Below are positions 19,726 to 27,259 of a stretch of 34,518 nt of DNA, piece after piece (within the stretch, counting starts at the first letter, position 1; each line of letters starts with the position of its first letter). The DNA comes from a virus (Duplodnaviria; Caudoviricetes), in IMG/VR virus record IMGVR_UViG_3300032231_000012, positions 1 to 34,518 of that record, one strand, 5' to 3'. Below the pieces are notes generated by a model. It ran no database searches. It was given only the letters and a program-made list of their open reading frames with translations, and was not told the DNA's origin. The translations under genes and the position numbers were made by a program.

Positions 19726-21048
19726 TTAAGCTGCTAATCTTTCCAAATTTGCGATTATGTTTTCCATGTGTATTTCAACGCTATACTCTAATGCATCTAA
19801 AGTATCGACATTTGTACTTCCATCATCAAGCCTCTCATCCTCATGCCCTTTTTTGCTATTCCACATAGAGTTTTCTAGTGCATCAATTGTAACTTTGCAA
19901 TGTCTAGCTACTTTGTAATTGTCTGTAGCAATAAGCATATCAAACAAATTTATTCTGTCCAATATTGCACCCTTCTTAGCATTAACAACCGATATTCCTA
20001 ATCCATTTTTGTTTAATGCTTGTTCAAATCCTGCTATAAGTGTTTGCTCTGCCGAATCCATGTAGCAAGCATTAATTTTATATCCTTTCATTCTGCACAT
20101 TTTTACGAATTTTATAAAATCATCTGCTAACTTTTTAGGAGTCTGCCTACCAACTATTCTATAATCTTCTAAAGTATGTACTTGTTTAAGTCCTCTAGTA
20201 AAACCCGTCAAATTGAATGTAGTACCCGACTTATTACCGCCAAAATCGACTCCAATATTGCAAAATTGATAAGAAGAAGGATCAATTCTCTCTGTTTCAA
20301 TTATATATCTTTCTTTATCATTTGCGAAGTTCAAATATATAATACCTTCTGCTCTTACCCATAACCCTAAAATAAAGCGTTTATAGAAAACTCCTGTGTA
20401 CATTCTCTCATAACGCTCTCTAATAGCTTCATCAAGACTCAAATTATCATTCATAGTAAAATGTAGCCTGATTAATTTCTTTTCTTTTCTTTTTTCTATA
20501 AATTCTAGATTGAAAAAGTGATTAGGATCTGATGGGTTCATATTAAACCAATATTTACTCCCAGCAATAGAACACCTTGCCAAAGCTTGATTTACAAAGC
20601 TTTCCGGCATAAGTGTAACTTCATCAAAAAATATTCCTGCTAGTGTTCGTCCTTGGATTAATCTTTGTGACCCTTCATCCTTACCGCCGAATATTTCAAA
20701 CTTATTTAATACTTTTCCTTTTTTTACATAGATAACATTTTTAACTCTTTTTACATTGTAACCTCTACATAACATTAATTCCCACAATGTATCCATTACA
20801 TTATGTTCAAAAGATTGTATTGTTTGCCCACATAGTCCAAATCGTTTATTATTAAATGTTTCCATTGCCCAAATTACAAAAGATAAAGACATTACAACCG
20901 TTTTTCCTGCTCTAACCGAACCATCAGCAATAATACCGTCCATATCTTTAACAGGACTATTTTTATTCCACCAGGTTAAAACTTTAGCTTGTTTTTTTGA
21001 TAAAGGACTCCATTGAAAGTGCGATTTTTCAATCTTCTTCGCTCCCAT
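19726..21048 (-). CDS. terL: Terminase large subunit (PBSX-like)
   Basis: Walker A GSVRAGKT, Walker B FFDE, nuclease GVDFG and D.LDALEY. Confidence 0.95.
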   Translation of the reverse strand: MGAKKIEKSHFQWSPLSKKQAKVLTWWNKNSPVKDMDGIIADGSVRAGKTVVMSLSFVIWAMETFNNKRFGLCGQTIQSFEHNVMDTLWELMLCRGYNVKRVKNVIYVKKGKVLNKFEIFGGKDEGSQRLIQGRTLAGIFFDEVTLMPESFVNQALARCSIAGSKYWFNMNPSDPNHFFNLEFIEKRKEKKLIRLHFTMNDNLSLDEAIRERYERMYTGVFYKRFILGLWVRAEGIIYLNFANDKERYIIETERIDPSSYQFCNIGVDFGGNKSGTTFNLTGFTRGLKQVHTLEDYRIVGRQTPKKLADDFIKFVKMCRMKGYKINACYMDSAEQTLIAGFEQALNKNGLGISVVNAKKGAILDRINLFDMLIATDNYKVARHCKVTIDALENSMWNSKKGHEDERLDDGSTNVDTLDALEYSVEIHMENIIANLERLAA

Positions 21049-21649
21049 CTTCTTCCTCCTCATCATCCCAAATATTATCTGTAATTTTTTCTAGTTGTTC
21101 AACTAATCCATCATCTTTTAATTCTTCATCGTCTCCGCCCTCTGGTTTAATTAATCCTACATATTCCGCCAACTTATCCAAAGCTTTTAATTTATTGTGT
21201 AATTTAAAAGAAAATGTTCCTTTTTGATTTATACTAACTTCTTGTATTGCTGCCCCATCGACATCATCAGAAGGCTTCATCCTGATTGTTTGTGTTAATC
21301 TTGGATATTCACCAGTGCCACATTGGACCATGTTTTCCTCTGTTTTATACTCCAGAAAATCTTTAATATCAGAGAAGGCAATCTTTTTATATTCTCTTAA
21401 GATTTCTTTTGCATCAATTATACATTCTTCTTCCGATTGCTTTATTAATTCTTGTTTTAACTGTTCGTATCTTAGGTTAATCTTAGGATTATTAAATAAT
21501 CTACTAGCATTAACATATATTGCATTTGGAGTCCATTTTTTGGTATGAGGATAAGCAATTAAATAAGCATCTTTTAAAGTTTTATTTTTTATCAACTCTT
21601 GTACAAAAATTTCCTCTTTTAAAGTTAACCCATCTTCTTTCTTTTTCAC
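21029..21649 (-). CDS. terS: Terminase small subunit
   Basis: LT.KEE.FVQE..AY...ASRL...IAFSDIKD..KLHNKLKALDKL; directly upstream of terL. Confidence 0.9.
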   Translation of the reverse strand: MKKKEDGLTLKEEIFVQELIKNKTLKDAYLIAYPHTKKWTPNAIYVNASRLFNNPKINLRYEQLKQELIKQSEEECIIDAKEILREYKKIAFSDIKDFLEYKTEENMVQCGTGEYPRLTQTIRMKPSDDVDGAAIQEVSINQKGTFSFKLHNKLKALDKLAEYVGLIKPEGGDDEELKDDGLVEQLEKITDNIWDDEEEEDGSEED

Positions 21650-21709
21650 AATATCCTCACCCCCCCTATATATATATTCTACATTATGTATTGTTATTCC
21701 TACAAGCTA

Positions 21710-21737
21710 AATAAAAAAAATAGGAGCTTTCGCCCCT
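21710..21737 (-). terminator. Rho-independent terminator between early and late regions
   Basis: AGGGGC-GAAA-GCTCCT then ATTTTTTTT on the minus strand. Confidence 0.85.
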
Positions 21738-21775
21738 TGGTAATTCATTTGCCGACGGAATCTTAAAACCTCGAC
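21712..21775 (-). ncRNA. Candidate ~63-nt small RNA
   Basis: Extended -10 TGATATAAT (21789-21781), an ORF-free hairpin-forming stretch, then a terminator. Confidence 0.4.
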
Positions 21776-21791
21776 ATCTAATTATATCATA

Positions 21792-22070
21792 CTAAAATTC
21801 AATATACTCGTCTATTTCAATGTTTTTATGCGTTCCACCTTTGGACAACTTTAGCAGGTGCGTTTTATAACTCTTAGCAAACAATAAATTACCTACTAGT
21901 ATAAACATTATTCCCCAGATTGTTTGAATTAAGTCCCATCCCTCTTCAAGTACATCTTCTATGCAAATATTTTCCCGCTCCAGTTCATCCGTAAACTCTT
22001 TAAATTCCTCATAAAATTTTTCCTTTTGAACCCTCAAGCATTTTTCTTTAGTTTTAATTAAGTAAGCCAT
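21792..22070 (-). CDS. MazG-like all-alpha NTP pyrophosphohydrolase-fold protein
   Basis: KFYEEFKE...LEEGWDLIQ acidic motifs; GGAGG RBS before MAYL. Confidence 0.55.
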   Translation of the reverse strand: MAYLIKTKEKCLRVQKEKFYEEFKEFTDELERENICIEDVLEEGWDLIQTIWGIMFILVGNLLFAKSYKTHLLKLSKGGTHKNIEIDEYIEF

Positions 22071-22071
22071 G

Positions 22072-22188
22072 TTAACCTCCTTTTGCTTTGCAACTCTCAC
22101 ATATAAAATAAGAGTCACCACGCTTAGTTTTTCTCTCAATCGTGCCTGTGTGTAGTCCACATATACAACATATATTCAACTCTATCAT
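22072..22188 (-). CDS. 38-aa zinc-ribbon protein (not in ORF track)
   Basis: MIELNICCICG...FICESCKAKGG; GGAGG RBS; ATGA overlap with the upstream stop. Confidence 0.6.
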   Translation of the reverse strand: MIELNICCICGLHTGTIERKTKRGDSYFICESCKAKGG

Positions 22189-22583
22189 CCTCCAATTTTG
22201 AAATTTTCAACAATAACACACTGAGTATCTGTAACCTTGTAAAAACTATGTGTTTTACAAAATCTTTTTGTCCAGTCACTAAAAAGTTGTAGCATTGATT
22301 TCTTCAAAGTGTCTTTTTCATCTTGATTAACATCGTTCAAATAATCATCAGCAACTTCTCCAACTTCTTCATATGCATCTTCTTGTATTTTTTCCAAAAA
22401 TGTATCAATACAAAAATCTGGTTTATACTCTTCTTTTTGTCCTAACCAAAAGCACCTTGACCCTTCGCTTTTTGCTTCTTTTATCCCCCACTCTATAGCT
22501 TTTTTTCTAGTAGAAAATTCTTCTGGGAAATTCCAAATGTCGGGTTCATAATCTTGTATTTGCACTAACCAAATTTTACTCAT
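22185..22583 (-). CDS. Acidic hypothetical phage protein
   Basis: 132-aa ORF with RBS in the minus-strand operon. Confidence 0.75.
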   Translation of the reverse strand: MSKIWLVQIQDYEPDIWNFPEEFSTRKKAIEWGIKEAKSEGSRCFWLGQKEEYKPDFCIDTFLEKIQEDAYEEVGEVADDYLNDVNQDEKDTLKKSMLQLFSDWTKRFCKTHSFYKVTDTQCVIVENFKIGG

Positions 22584-22589
22584 TATTTA

Positions 22590-22811
22590 TCATTCCTCAC
22601 TTTTAATTTTTTCAATATACTTCTCCCATCTAGTTAAAATCATCCTATCGTTTTCCTCATCCAAGGTTAAATTATAAAAAGTTTTACATTTTGGACAACT
22701 ACCGTGACCTGCATCTAACTTGCCCATACATTGAGCCAATGATTTTGTGGCATAAAATACATTTTCACAACTACAATCACATTTATATCTTTTTCTTGTA
22801 TCTTTTTTCAT
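22590..22811 (-). CDS. Zinc-ribbon hypothetical protein
   Basis: CDCSC...CPKC. Confidence 0.7.
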   Translation of the reverse strand: MKKDTRKRYKCDCSCENVFYATKSLAQCMGKLDAGHGSCPKCKTFYNLTLDEENDRMILTRWEKYIEKIKSEE

Positions 22812-22903
22812 TGTTCGTCCTCACTCTCATATTTTTAAACATCTATTATCAAAACAATACTGTGATAATTTGTTTCAAGATTCGCTTTTAAATCAAATAA
22901 TCG

Positions 22904-23101
22904 TTACTGCTCTTTAATTAAACTATCTTTGTCATTTGCTAACACATGCTTAAGCATAACTTTTCCACTATTACTTATAACTTGCTCTCCACAATAAATA
23001 CAAGTATACACTCTTTTTTCTTTTTCCCATCTCTTATACATTTCAACATCATGTTCTTTGCCACATATCCAACAAGCTAACATATCTTTATAAACATTCA
23101 T
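22904..23101 (-). CDS. Zinc-ribbon hypothetical protein
   Basis: CWICG...CIYCG; GGAGG RBS. Confidence 0.7.
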   Translation of the reverse strand: MNVYKDMLACWICGKEHDVEMYKRWEKEKRVYTCIYCGEQVISNSGKVMLKHVLANDKDSLIKEQ

Positions 23102-23124
23102 ATCTTCTCGACCTCCAATTCAAT

Positions 23125-23391
23125 TTAAACAACTATTTTTAAAATACTTTTATAGTATTCAAAAACTTTATTTTCGTATGATACATCTTCAGCATAATAT
23201 CTAGAATCATTATCAAATCTATTGTAACAACTGTCGCAATAAATTTGATTTAGCACTAGAATTAGATTCCCTTCTTCCATAGATTTATTACAATAATCAC
23301 AAATTCCAAACCCTTGAATAATAACTTTCATTTCAAATAAACCAACTTTTATAATTTTCCAACCAACTTTACTTTTAAATAAATTTGCCAT
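23125..23391 (-). CDS. Zinc-finger hypothetical protein
   Basis: GICDYC...YCDSC; GGAGG RBS. Confidence 0.7.
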   Translation of the reverse strand: MANLFKSKVGWKIIKVGLFEMKVIIQGFGICDYCNKSMEEGNLILVLNQIYCDSCYNRFDNDSRYYAEDVSYENKVFEYYKSILKIVV

Positions 23392-23476
23392 CTTCTGAAC
23401 CTCCAGTTTTAATTTTAAGCACTTGAAAATTTAAAACGTAACTTTACACTAAAGATACATTAAAAATAGCTATTTG

Positions 23477-23632
23477 CTAATCCTGTTCGTTTTTTCTGCT
23501 ATCTGCTATCCTTAGTAGTTCCTTTGAAATTACTTCTATATCTTTCGAGTCGCAACTTGGACATAAATACACATGACCAAAAATTTCTGTTGTAAAAGAA
23601 TAACATTCCTTGCCACATCTACACATAACCAC
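23477..23632 (-). CDS. 51-aa zinc-ribbon protein (not in ORF track)
   Basis: GTG start; MVMCRCGKEC...LCPSCDS. Confidence 0.55.
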   Translation of the reverse strand: MVMCRCGKECYSFTTEIFGHVYLCPSCDSKDIEVISKELLRIADSRKNEQD

Positions 23633-23643
23633 TATAATTCCCC

Positions 23644-23733
23644 CTATCCCTCAGTGTTAAATGTCATTAGTAATCCTATTGCCAAAAAAATTGAAACTAC
23701 TATTGCTAGTGCTATAACTCCTATAGTTAACAT
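23644..23733 (-). CDS. 29-aa single-TM peptide (not in ORF track)
   Basis: MLTIGVIALAIVVSIFLAIGLLMTFNTEG; GAGGTG RBS. Confidence 0.55.
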   Translation of the reverse strand: MLTIGVIALAIVVSIFLAIGLLMTFNTEG

Positions 23734-23768
23734 CTACATCACCTCTCCATCTTGTTATATTTGATTTC

Positions 23769-23975
23769 TTATCCCCTTTTTTTTATTGTTTTCAATGTTT
23801 GATAGTTGGTTCTTATTTGGTCTACGAAATCAAAATACATATTAGTATTAAACTCATATGCGTTTATTTTTTCAATGACCGAGTTACATTCAAGGCAAAG
23901 AAATATATCTTTCTTAAAGCCTTTCAAGTGTGTCAATCCATCTTTTTCTTGCATACAATAACAACAATAGTTCAT
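23769..23975 (-). CDS. Zinc-finger hypothetical protein
   Basis: CCYC...LCLEC. Confidence 0.65.
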   Translation of the reverse strand: MNYCCYCMQEKDGLTHLKGFKKDIFLCLECNSVIEKINAYEFNTNMYFDFVDQIRTNYQTLKTIKKRG

Positions 23976-24103
23976 AATGTATTCCCTTCGAGTTAAATTA
24001 TTTTTGTTTTTTGATGTTTTTTGTTGCCAAAAATATTAAATGCTGTTACAATACGTTTTGACTAAAAATATTAATGCTTGAATCTTGTCAGAGATTCTTT
24101 TAG

Positions 24104-24874
24104 CTATTTTTTCAACTCCTTTGTAACATCATATATATATTTGTCATACTCTCCTGCTTGAAAACTTCTTTGGTCAAAATTTGCTTGATGTCCTGAATAA
24201 TGATTAATTACTGTTTTATCGTCTAATTTATTTTTTTTGATTTTATCTTCCTTCACAGCATCTACAACCCACTTTCTAATAGCCAAGTAATGATTCTTAG
24301 CCTTATAACCCTTCATTTCAATATATTCATCTAAAAAAGTTATAAGTTCTTCTTCATTTCCAAAATCAGCTTTTAGTTTTTCAATTTCTGAATCTTTAAG
24401 TTTTACATTTTTAAATTCGCCATATGTATTTTTCTTATCATTCTTTACATTCTTATCTTTCTTATTAGGTGTTAGTTCTTTGTTACTTCTTTGTTGGTTC
24501 TTTGTTAGTTCTTTGTTAGTATCTTTGTTACTATCTTCTTCACTATCTTGGTAAGTGTGCCAATTCAATATGGTTACAAGCCTTCCTGTCTTTGTTGATT
24601 TGTTTGTTAAAAATCCTAACTTTTCAAATTTTTTTAACGCACTCCTGACATTTTGTATTGTTATTCCTTTACCAGATTCTTTAACTATACTATCTAAAGA
24701 TGTAATCATTTGTCCTTTTTCAACTGTAAATTTTTTGCCTTGCCATTCCCATTGATTAGGCTTGTAATTAACTATCATTAATAGCGTTATTAATATAGTT
24801 TTGTGTTCTGGTGTACATTTCTGCCAAATTGCTTTATCTTTCAATTCTCTATATAACTTAATCCAGCCTGACAT
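24104..24874 (-). CDS. Replisome organiser/replication initiator (Rep2) with internal iterons
   Basis: MSGWIKLYREL...GQ.ITS...Q.VR.ALKK.EK.GFL...NW..YQ; C-terminal YGEF.NV.L...YK.K.HY.AI.KW and NFDQR. Confidence 0.88.
   Translation of the reverse strand: MSGWIKLYRELKDKAIWQKCTPEHKTILITLLMIVNYKPNQWEWQGKKFTVEKGQMITSLDSIVKESGKGITIQNVRSALKKFEKLGFLTNKSTKTGRLVTILNWHTYQDSEEDSNKDTNKELTKNQQRSNKELTPNKKDKNVKNDKKNTYGEFKNVKLKDSEIEKLKADFGNEEELITFLDEYIEMKGYKAKNHYLAIRKWVVDAVKEDKIKKNKLDDKTVINHYSGHQANFDQRSFQAGEYDKYIYDVTKELKK
24471..24537. repeat. Iteron array, ~6 x 11-12 bp (putative origin 2)
   Basis: GTTAGTTCTTT-like units at 24471, 24482, 24493, 24504, 24515 and 24527. Confidence 0.75.
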
Positions 24875-24890
24875 GATAACACCACCTATA

Positions 24891-25115
24891 TTATTTTTTA
24901 AGTAATTTACATATTTCACACATAATATCTTCACATATTTGTTCATCCATTGTAGGATCATTAGTAATTTCTAAATAACATTTTTTACAAAGATGAAGTT
25001 TTTGATTTCCTATTGAAACAATATTTAAAAATTCTAGTTCTAAAATATTAATTTCATCAATGTTATACTCTGACTTTTTATCACATCTTTCACATTCAAC
25101 TAAATAACTAATCAT
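24891..25115 (-). CDS. Cys-rich hypothetical protein
   Basis: CERC..HLCKKC..CEIC; GGAGG RBS before MISYL. Confidence 0.65.
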   Translation of the reverse strand: MISYLVECERCDKKSEYNIDEINILELEFLNIVSIGNQKLHLCKKCYLEITNDPTMDEQICEDIMCEICKLLKK

Positions 25116-25257
25116 GAACTCTGCCTCCTTCCTTTGTTCTTTTATAAGTTTCCCAAGCATTTCTAATTAACCTATTAATATTAACTCCAGTAGTTTCCTT
25201 TTCTTTTTGAATAGCTTCATAGATATCAGCTGGAATTTTTACAGATTTGTTTTTCAT
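25108..25257 (-). CDS. 49-aa ribbon-helix-helix-like regulator (not in ORF track)
   Basis: MKNKSVKIPADIYEAIQKEKETTGVNINRLIRNAW; AAGGAG RBS. Confidence 0.7.
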   Translation of the reverse strand: MKNKSVKIPADIYEAIQKEKETTGVNINRLIRNAWETYKRTKEGGRVHD

Positions 25258-25286
25258 AAAATCACTCCTTAGTTTGAGATAATTCT

Positions 25287-25315
25287 ATTTTATACTACTT
25301 TTTACTACTGATCAA
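25287..25315 (-). promoter_or_regulatory. Sigma-A promoter of the Rep2 operon with operator-like repeats
   Basis: TTGATC-17 bp-TAAAAT; the spacer holds AGTAGTA twice. Confidence 0.65.
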
Positions 25316-25371
25316 CTCTAAAACAAAAATAAATAAAAATAGGTCTAAAGTCCTATATACAGATATGTTAA

Positions 25372-25404
25372 AATGAATTTAAAGTAAATTTTGGAGGGAT
25401 ATTA
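25372..25404 (+). repeat. 33-bp promoter/RBS leader, copy 1
   Basis: AATGAATTTAAAGTAAATTTTGGAGGGATATTA, identical to 26030-26062; overlaps an extended -10 TGTTAAAAT. Confidence 0.9.
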
Positions 25405-25406
25405 AA

Positions 25407-25583
25407 ATGTATGAATTATTAAAAAATCTTTATGTAGAAATAGAGAAAGTTCAAGATGAAATAGAAACCAAGTATCATTATGATACGACACTATGGGAAG
25501 AAGCAAGGAAAAGTTTATATCCTTTAAAAGTTAATTTAAGTTTTACAAAAAATGAAATAAATAAAATATTAAAAATGCTTTAG
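25407..25583 (+). CDS. 58-aa helical hypothetical protein (not in ORF track)
   Basis: MYELLKNLYVEIEKVQDEIE...NKILKML; GGAGG RBS. Confidence 0.7.
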   Translation: MYELLKNLYVEIEKVQDEIETKYHYDTTLWEEARKSLYPLKVNLSFTKNEINKILKML

Positions 25584-25628
25584 AATGTGGTATCATTAGA
25601 TAAATACTATATTGGAGGTTAGAAAATA

Positions 25629-26003
25629 ATGAAAGAACATAATGCAGAAGAGTTGAATACGATACAAAAAAGAAATAAATTAAATAATGTATCAAGATAC
25701 GGAGAAGTTGGACCTGGTGGAGCTTATCATAATTATTGTGTTATAACAGATAATTTATGCGGTAATATTGTTGATATTAAGTTTCAAAAAGGAGCTAGAC
25801 ATGAGCCATACAGCGTTTCTGGAGTTTTAGATGTAGATTTATTAGAAATAGTTAGGGATAGGCTTTCAAGTTTCCAACAAGGAGATTTTAAGACAAGAGA
25901 AAATGCAATAGCTCTAACACATATTGAAGAAGCTTTATTGTGGATGAATAAAAGAGTTGAAGATAGAGCAGAAAGGAATGTTCTAGGAACAAACCAAAAA
26001 TAG
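25629..26003 (+). CDS. tad1: Tad1-family anti-defence sponge (Thoeris/CBASS signal sequestering)
   Basis: TIQKR.KLN.V...GPGGAYH.Y...IKFQKGAR...[46 protein letters not shown] closely matches clostridial Tad1 as I recall it. Confidence 0.9.
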   Translation: MKEHNAEELNTIQKRNKLNNVSRYGEVGPGGAYHNYCVITDNLCGNIVDIKFQKGARHEPYSVSGVLDVDLLEIVRDRLSSFQQGDFKTRENAIALTHIEEALLWMNKRVEDRAERNVLGTNQK

Positions 26004-26029
26004 TCGCCTTTTAACTGTTGTTTTGCTAG

Positions 26030-26062
26030 AATGAATTTAAAGTAAATTTTGGAGGGATATTA
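26030..26062 (+). repeat. 33-bp promoter/RBS leader, copy 2
   Basis: Identical to 25372-25404; overlaps an extended -10 TGCTAGAAT. Confidence 0.9.
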
Positions 26063-26235
26063 TGAAAAAATATTTAGGAGTTGCAGAGCCAATGAGTTTA
26101 GGGGAATATAACAAATTTAAAGGTTGGACTATTCCAAAAAATGAGGACCCCGAGACTGAAGGATATAAAGTTAAATATTCGGATGGTTATATATCTTGGA
26201 GTCCAAGAGAAGTTTTTGAAAAATCTTATAATTAA
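26062..26235 (+). CDS. 57-aa stand-alone 'SWSP' domain protein (not in ORF track)
   Basis: MKKYLGVAEPMSLGEYNKFKGW...EGYKVKYSDGYISWSPREVFEKSYN; homologous to the N-terminus of the next gene. Confidence 0.8.
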   Translation: MKKYLGVAEPMSLGEYNKFKGWTIPKNEDPETEGYKVKYSDGYISWSPREVFEKSYN

Positions 26236-26264
26236 AAAAATAAAAGGTAAATAAGGAGATTTTT

Positions 26265-26732
26265 ATGGAAAAATATTTAGGAGTTAAATTGATTGAAGCT
26301 GAACAAAAGACACACGGAGAGTATACAAAAATCAAATATTGTGAGAGTAATCCCATTAACACTGAATTTTCAAAAGAAAATGTCAATAGTGCTGGTTACA
26401 TGGTTAAGTATGACAATAATTATATATCTTGGAGTCCTAAAGATGTTTTTGAAAAAGCTTATTTTAAACTTGAAAAAACTAATAACACAATATGTCAAAC
26501 CGATGTTGATTTATTTATAAAAGATGTAAAATCAATCAAACAAGGTGAAAAAACAACGGTTACAACTGTTACTTTAATAAACGGTTTTGAAATATTTGAA
26601 GCTTCTAGCTGTGTTGACCCTGATAATTTTGATATGAGTTTAGGAGAACAAATTTGTTTAGGAAAAATTAAAGATAAAATATGGAATCTGTTAGGTTTTT
26701 TATTACAAACAGGTGTTGCTGGTATAAAATAG
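26265..26732 (+). CDS. SWSP domain fused to a Phage gp49/66-like domain (candidate Acb4-type sponge)
   Basis: N-terminal KYLGVKLIEAE..YISWSPKDVFEKAY; C-terminal TTV..TL.NGF.....SSCVDP.NFD...G..IC...I..KIW.L.GFLL. Confidence 0.75.
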   Translation: MEKYLGVKLIEAEQKTHGEYTKIKYCESNPINTEFSKENVNSAGYMVKYDNNYISWSPKDVFEKAYFKLEKTNNTICQTDVDLFIKDVKSIKQGEKTTVTTVTLINGFEIFEASSCVDPDNFDMSLGEQICLGKIKDKIWNLLGFLLQTGVAGIK

Positions 26733-26796
26733 TCACATTTTAGGTGGCTTTTGTGCTATAATAATACTATGCTTATGTTTTTTGATATAACTAAAT

Positions 26797-26838
26797 AAAG
26801 AAAAGACTAGTGCTTTCAGGTCACTAGCCTTTTTTTTG
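26797..26838. terminator. Bidirectional terminator between convergent units
   Basis: AAAAGACTAGTG...CACTAGCCTTTTTTTT with A and T tracts on both sides. Confidence 0.8.
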
Positions 26839-26843
26839 CAGTA

Positions 26844-26888
26844 AAATGCCCCTGTAAGCCATTCGACTAATAGCTTACAAGAGCATTT
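26844..26888 (-). other. 20-bp RNA stem-loop
   Basis: On the minus strand all 20 positions pair (3 G-U wobbles) around a 5-nt loop. Confidence 0.7.
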
Positions 26889-27020
26889 CATTCACACAAT
26901 AAATGATATTTTTTTAAGTTGCATGATTACTTTGTTATTATAACACTTCTTTTATTATTTTTCTGTCATCTACAATCGAAAATAAATCTGATATTAACTC
27001 ATTAAATTCATCTCTATTCA

Positions 27021-27209
27021 TTATTCGCCCTCACCTTCTTCCTGTTCCTGAATTAAATGCAAATACTCAATGTTAAATTTAACTACCATTTCCCTCAGAA
27101 TTTTGCTTTTATCCTCACCAAGACTCTCACAAGCCTTGATAAAATCATCCTTGTCTTTTTTTGATAGTCTAAATATAAAATTTGTATCGTTATTTGTAAC
27201 TTTACCCAT
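27021..27209 (-). CDS. Ribbon-helix-helix-like regulator
   Basis: NFIFRLSKKDKDDFIKACESLGEDKSKILRE; AAGGAG RBS. Confidence 0.72.
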   Translation of the reverse strand: MGKVTNNDTNFIFRLSKKDKDDFIKACESLGEDKSKILREMVVKFNIEYLHLIQEQEEGEGE

Positions 27210-27259
27210 GAAAATACTCCTTTGCTTTTTATTATTTTATTTATAATTATTATTATATC

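Noticed and set aside
21650-21710. Sporulation-sigma-like promoter upstream of terS
   Set aside because: CATAATGTA resembles a sigma-K -10, but there is no matching -35 at the right spacing. Too weak in AT-rich DNA.
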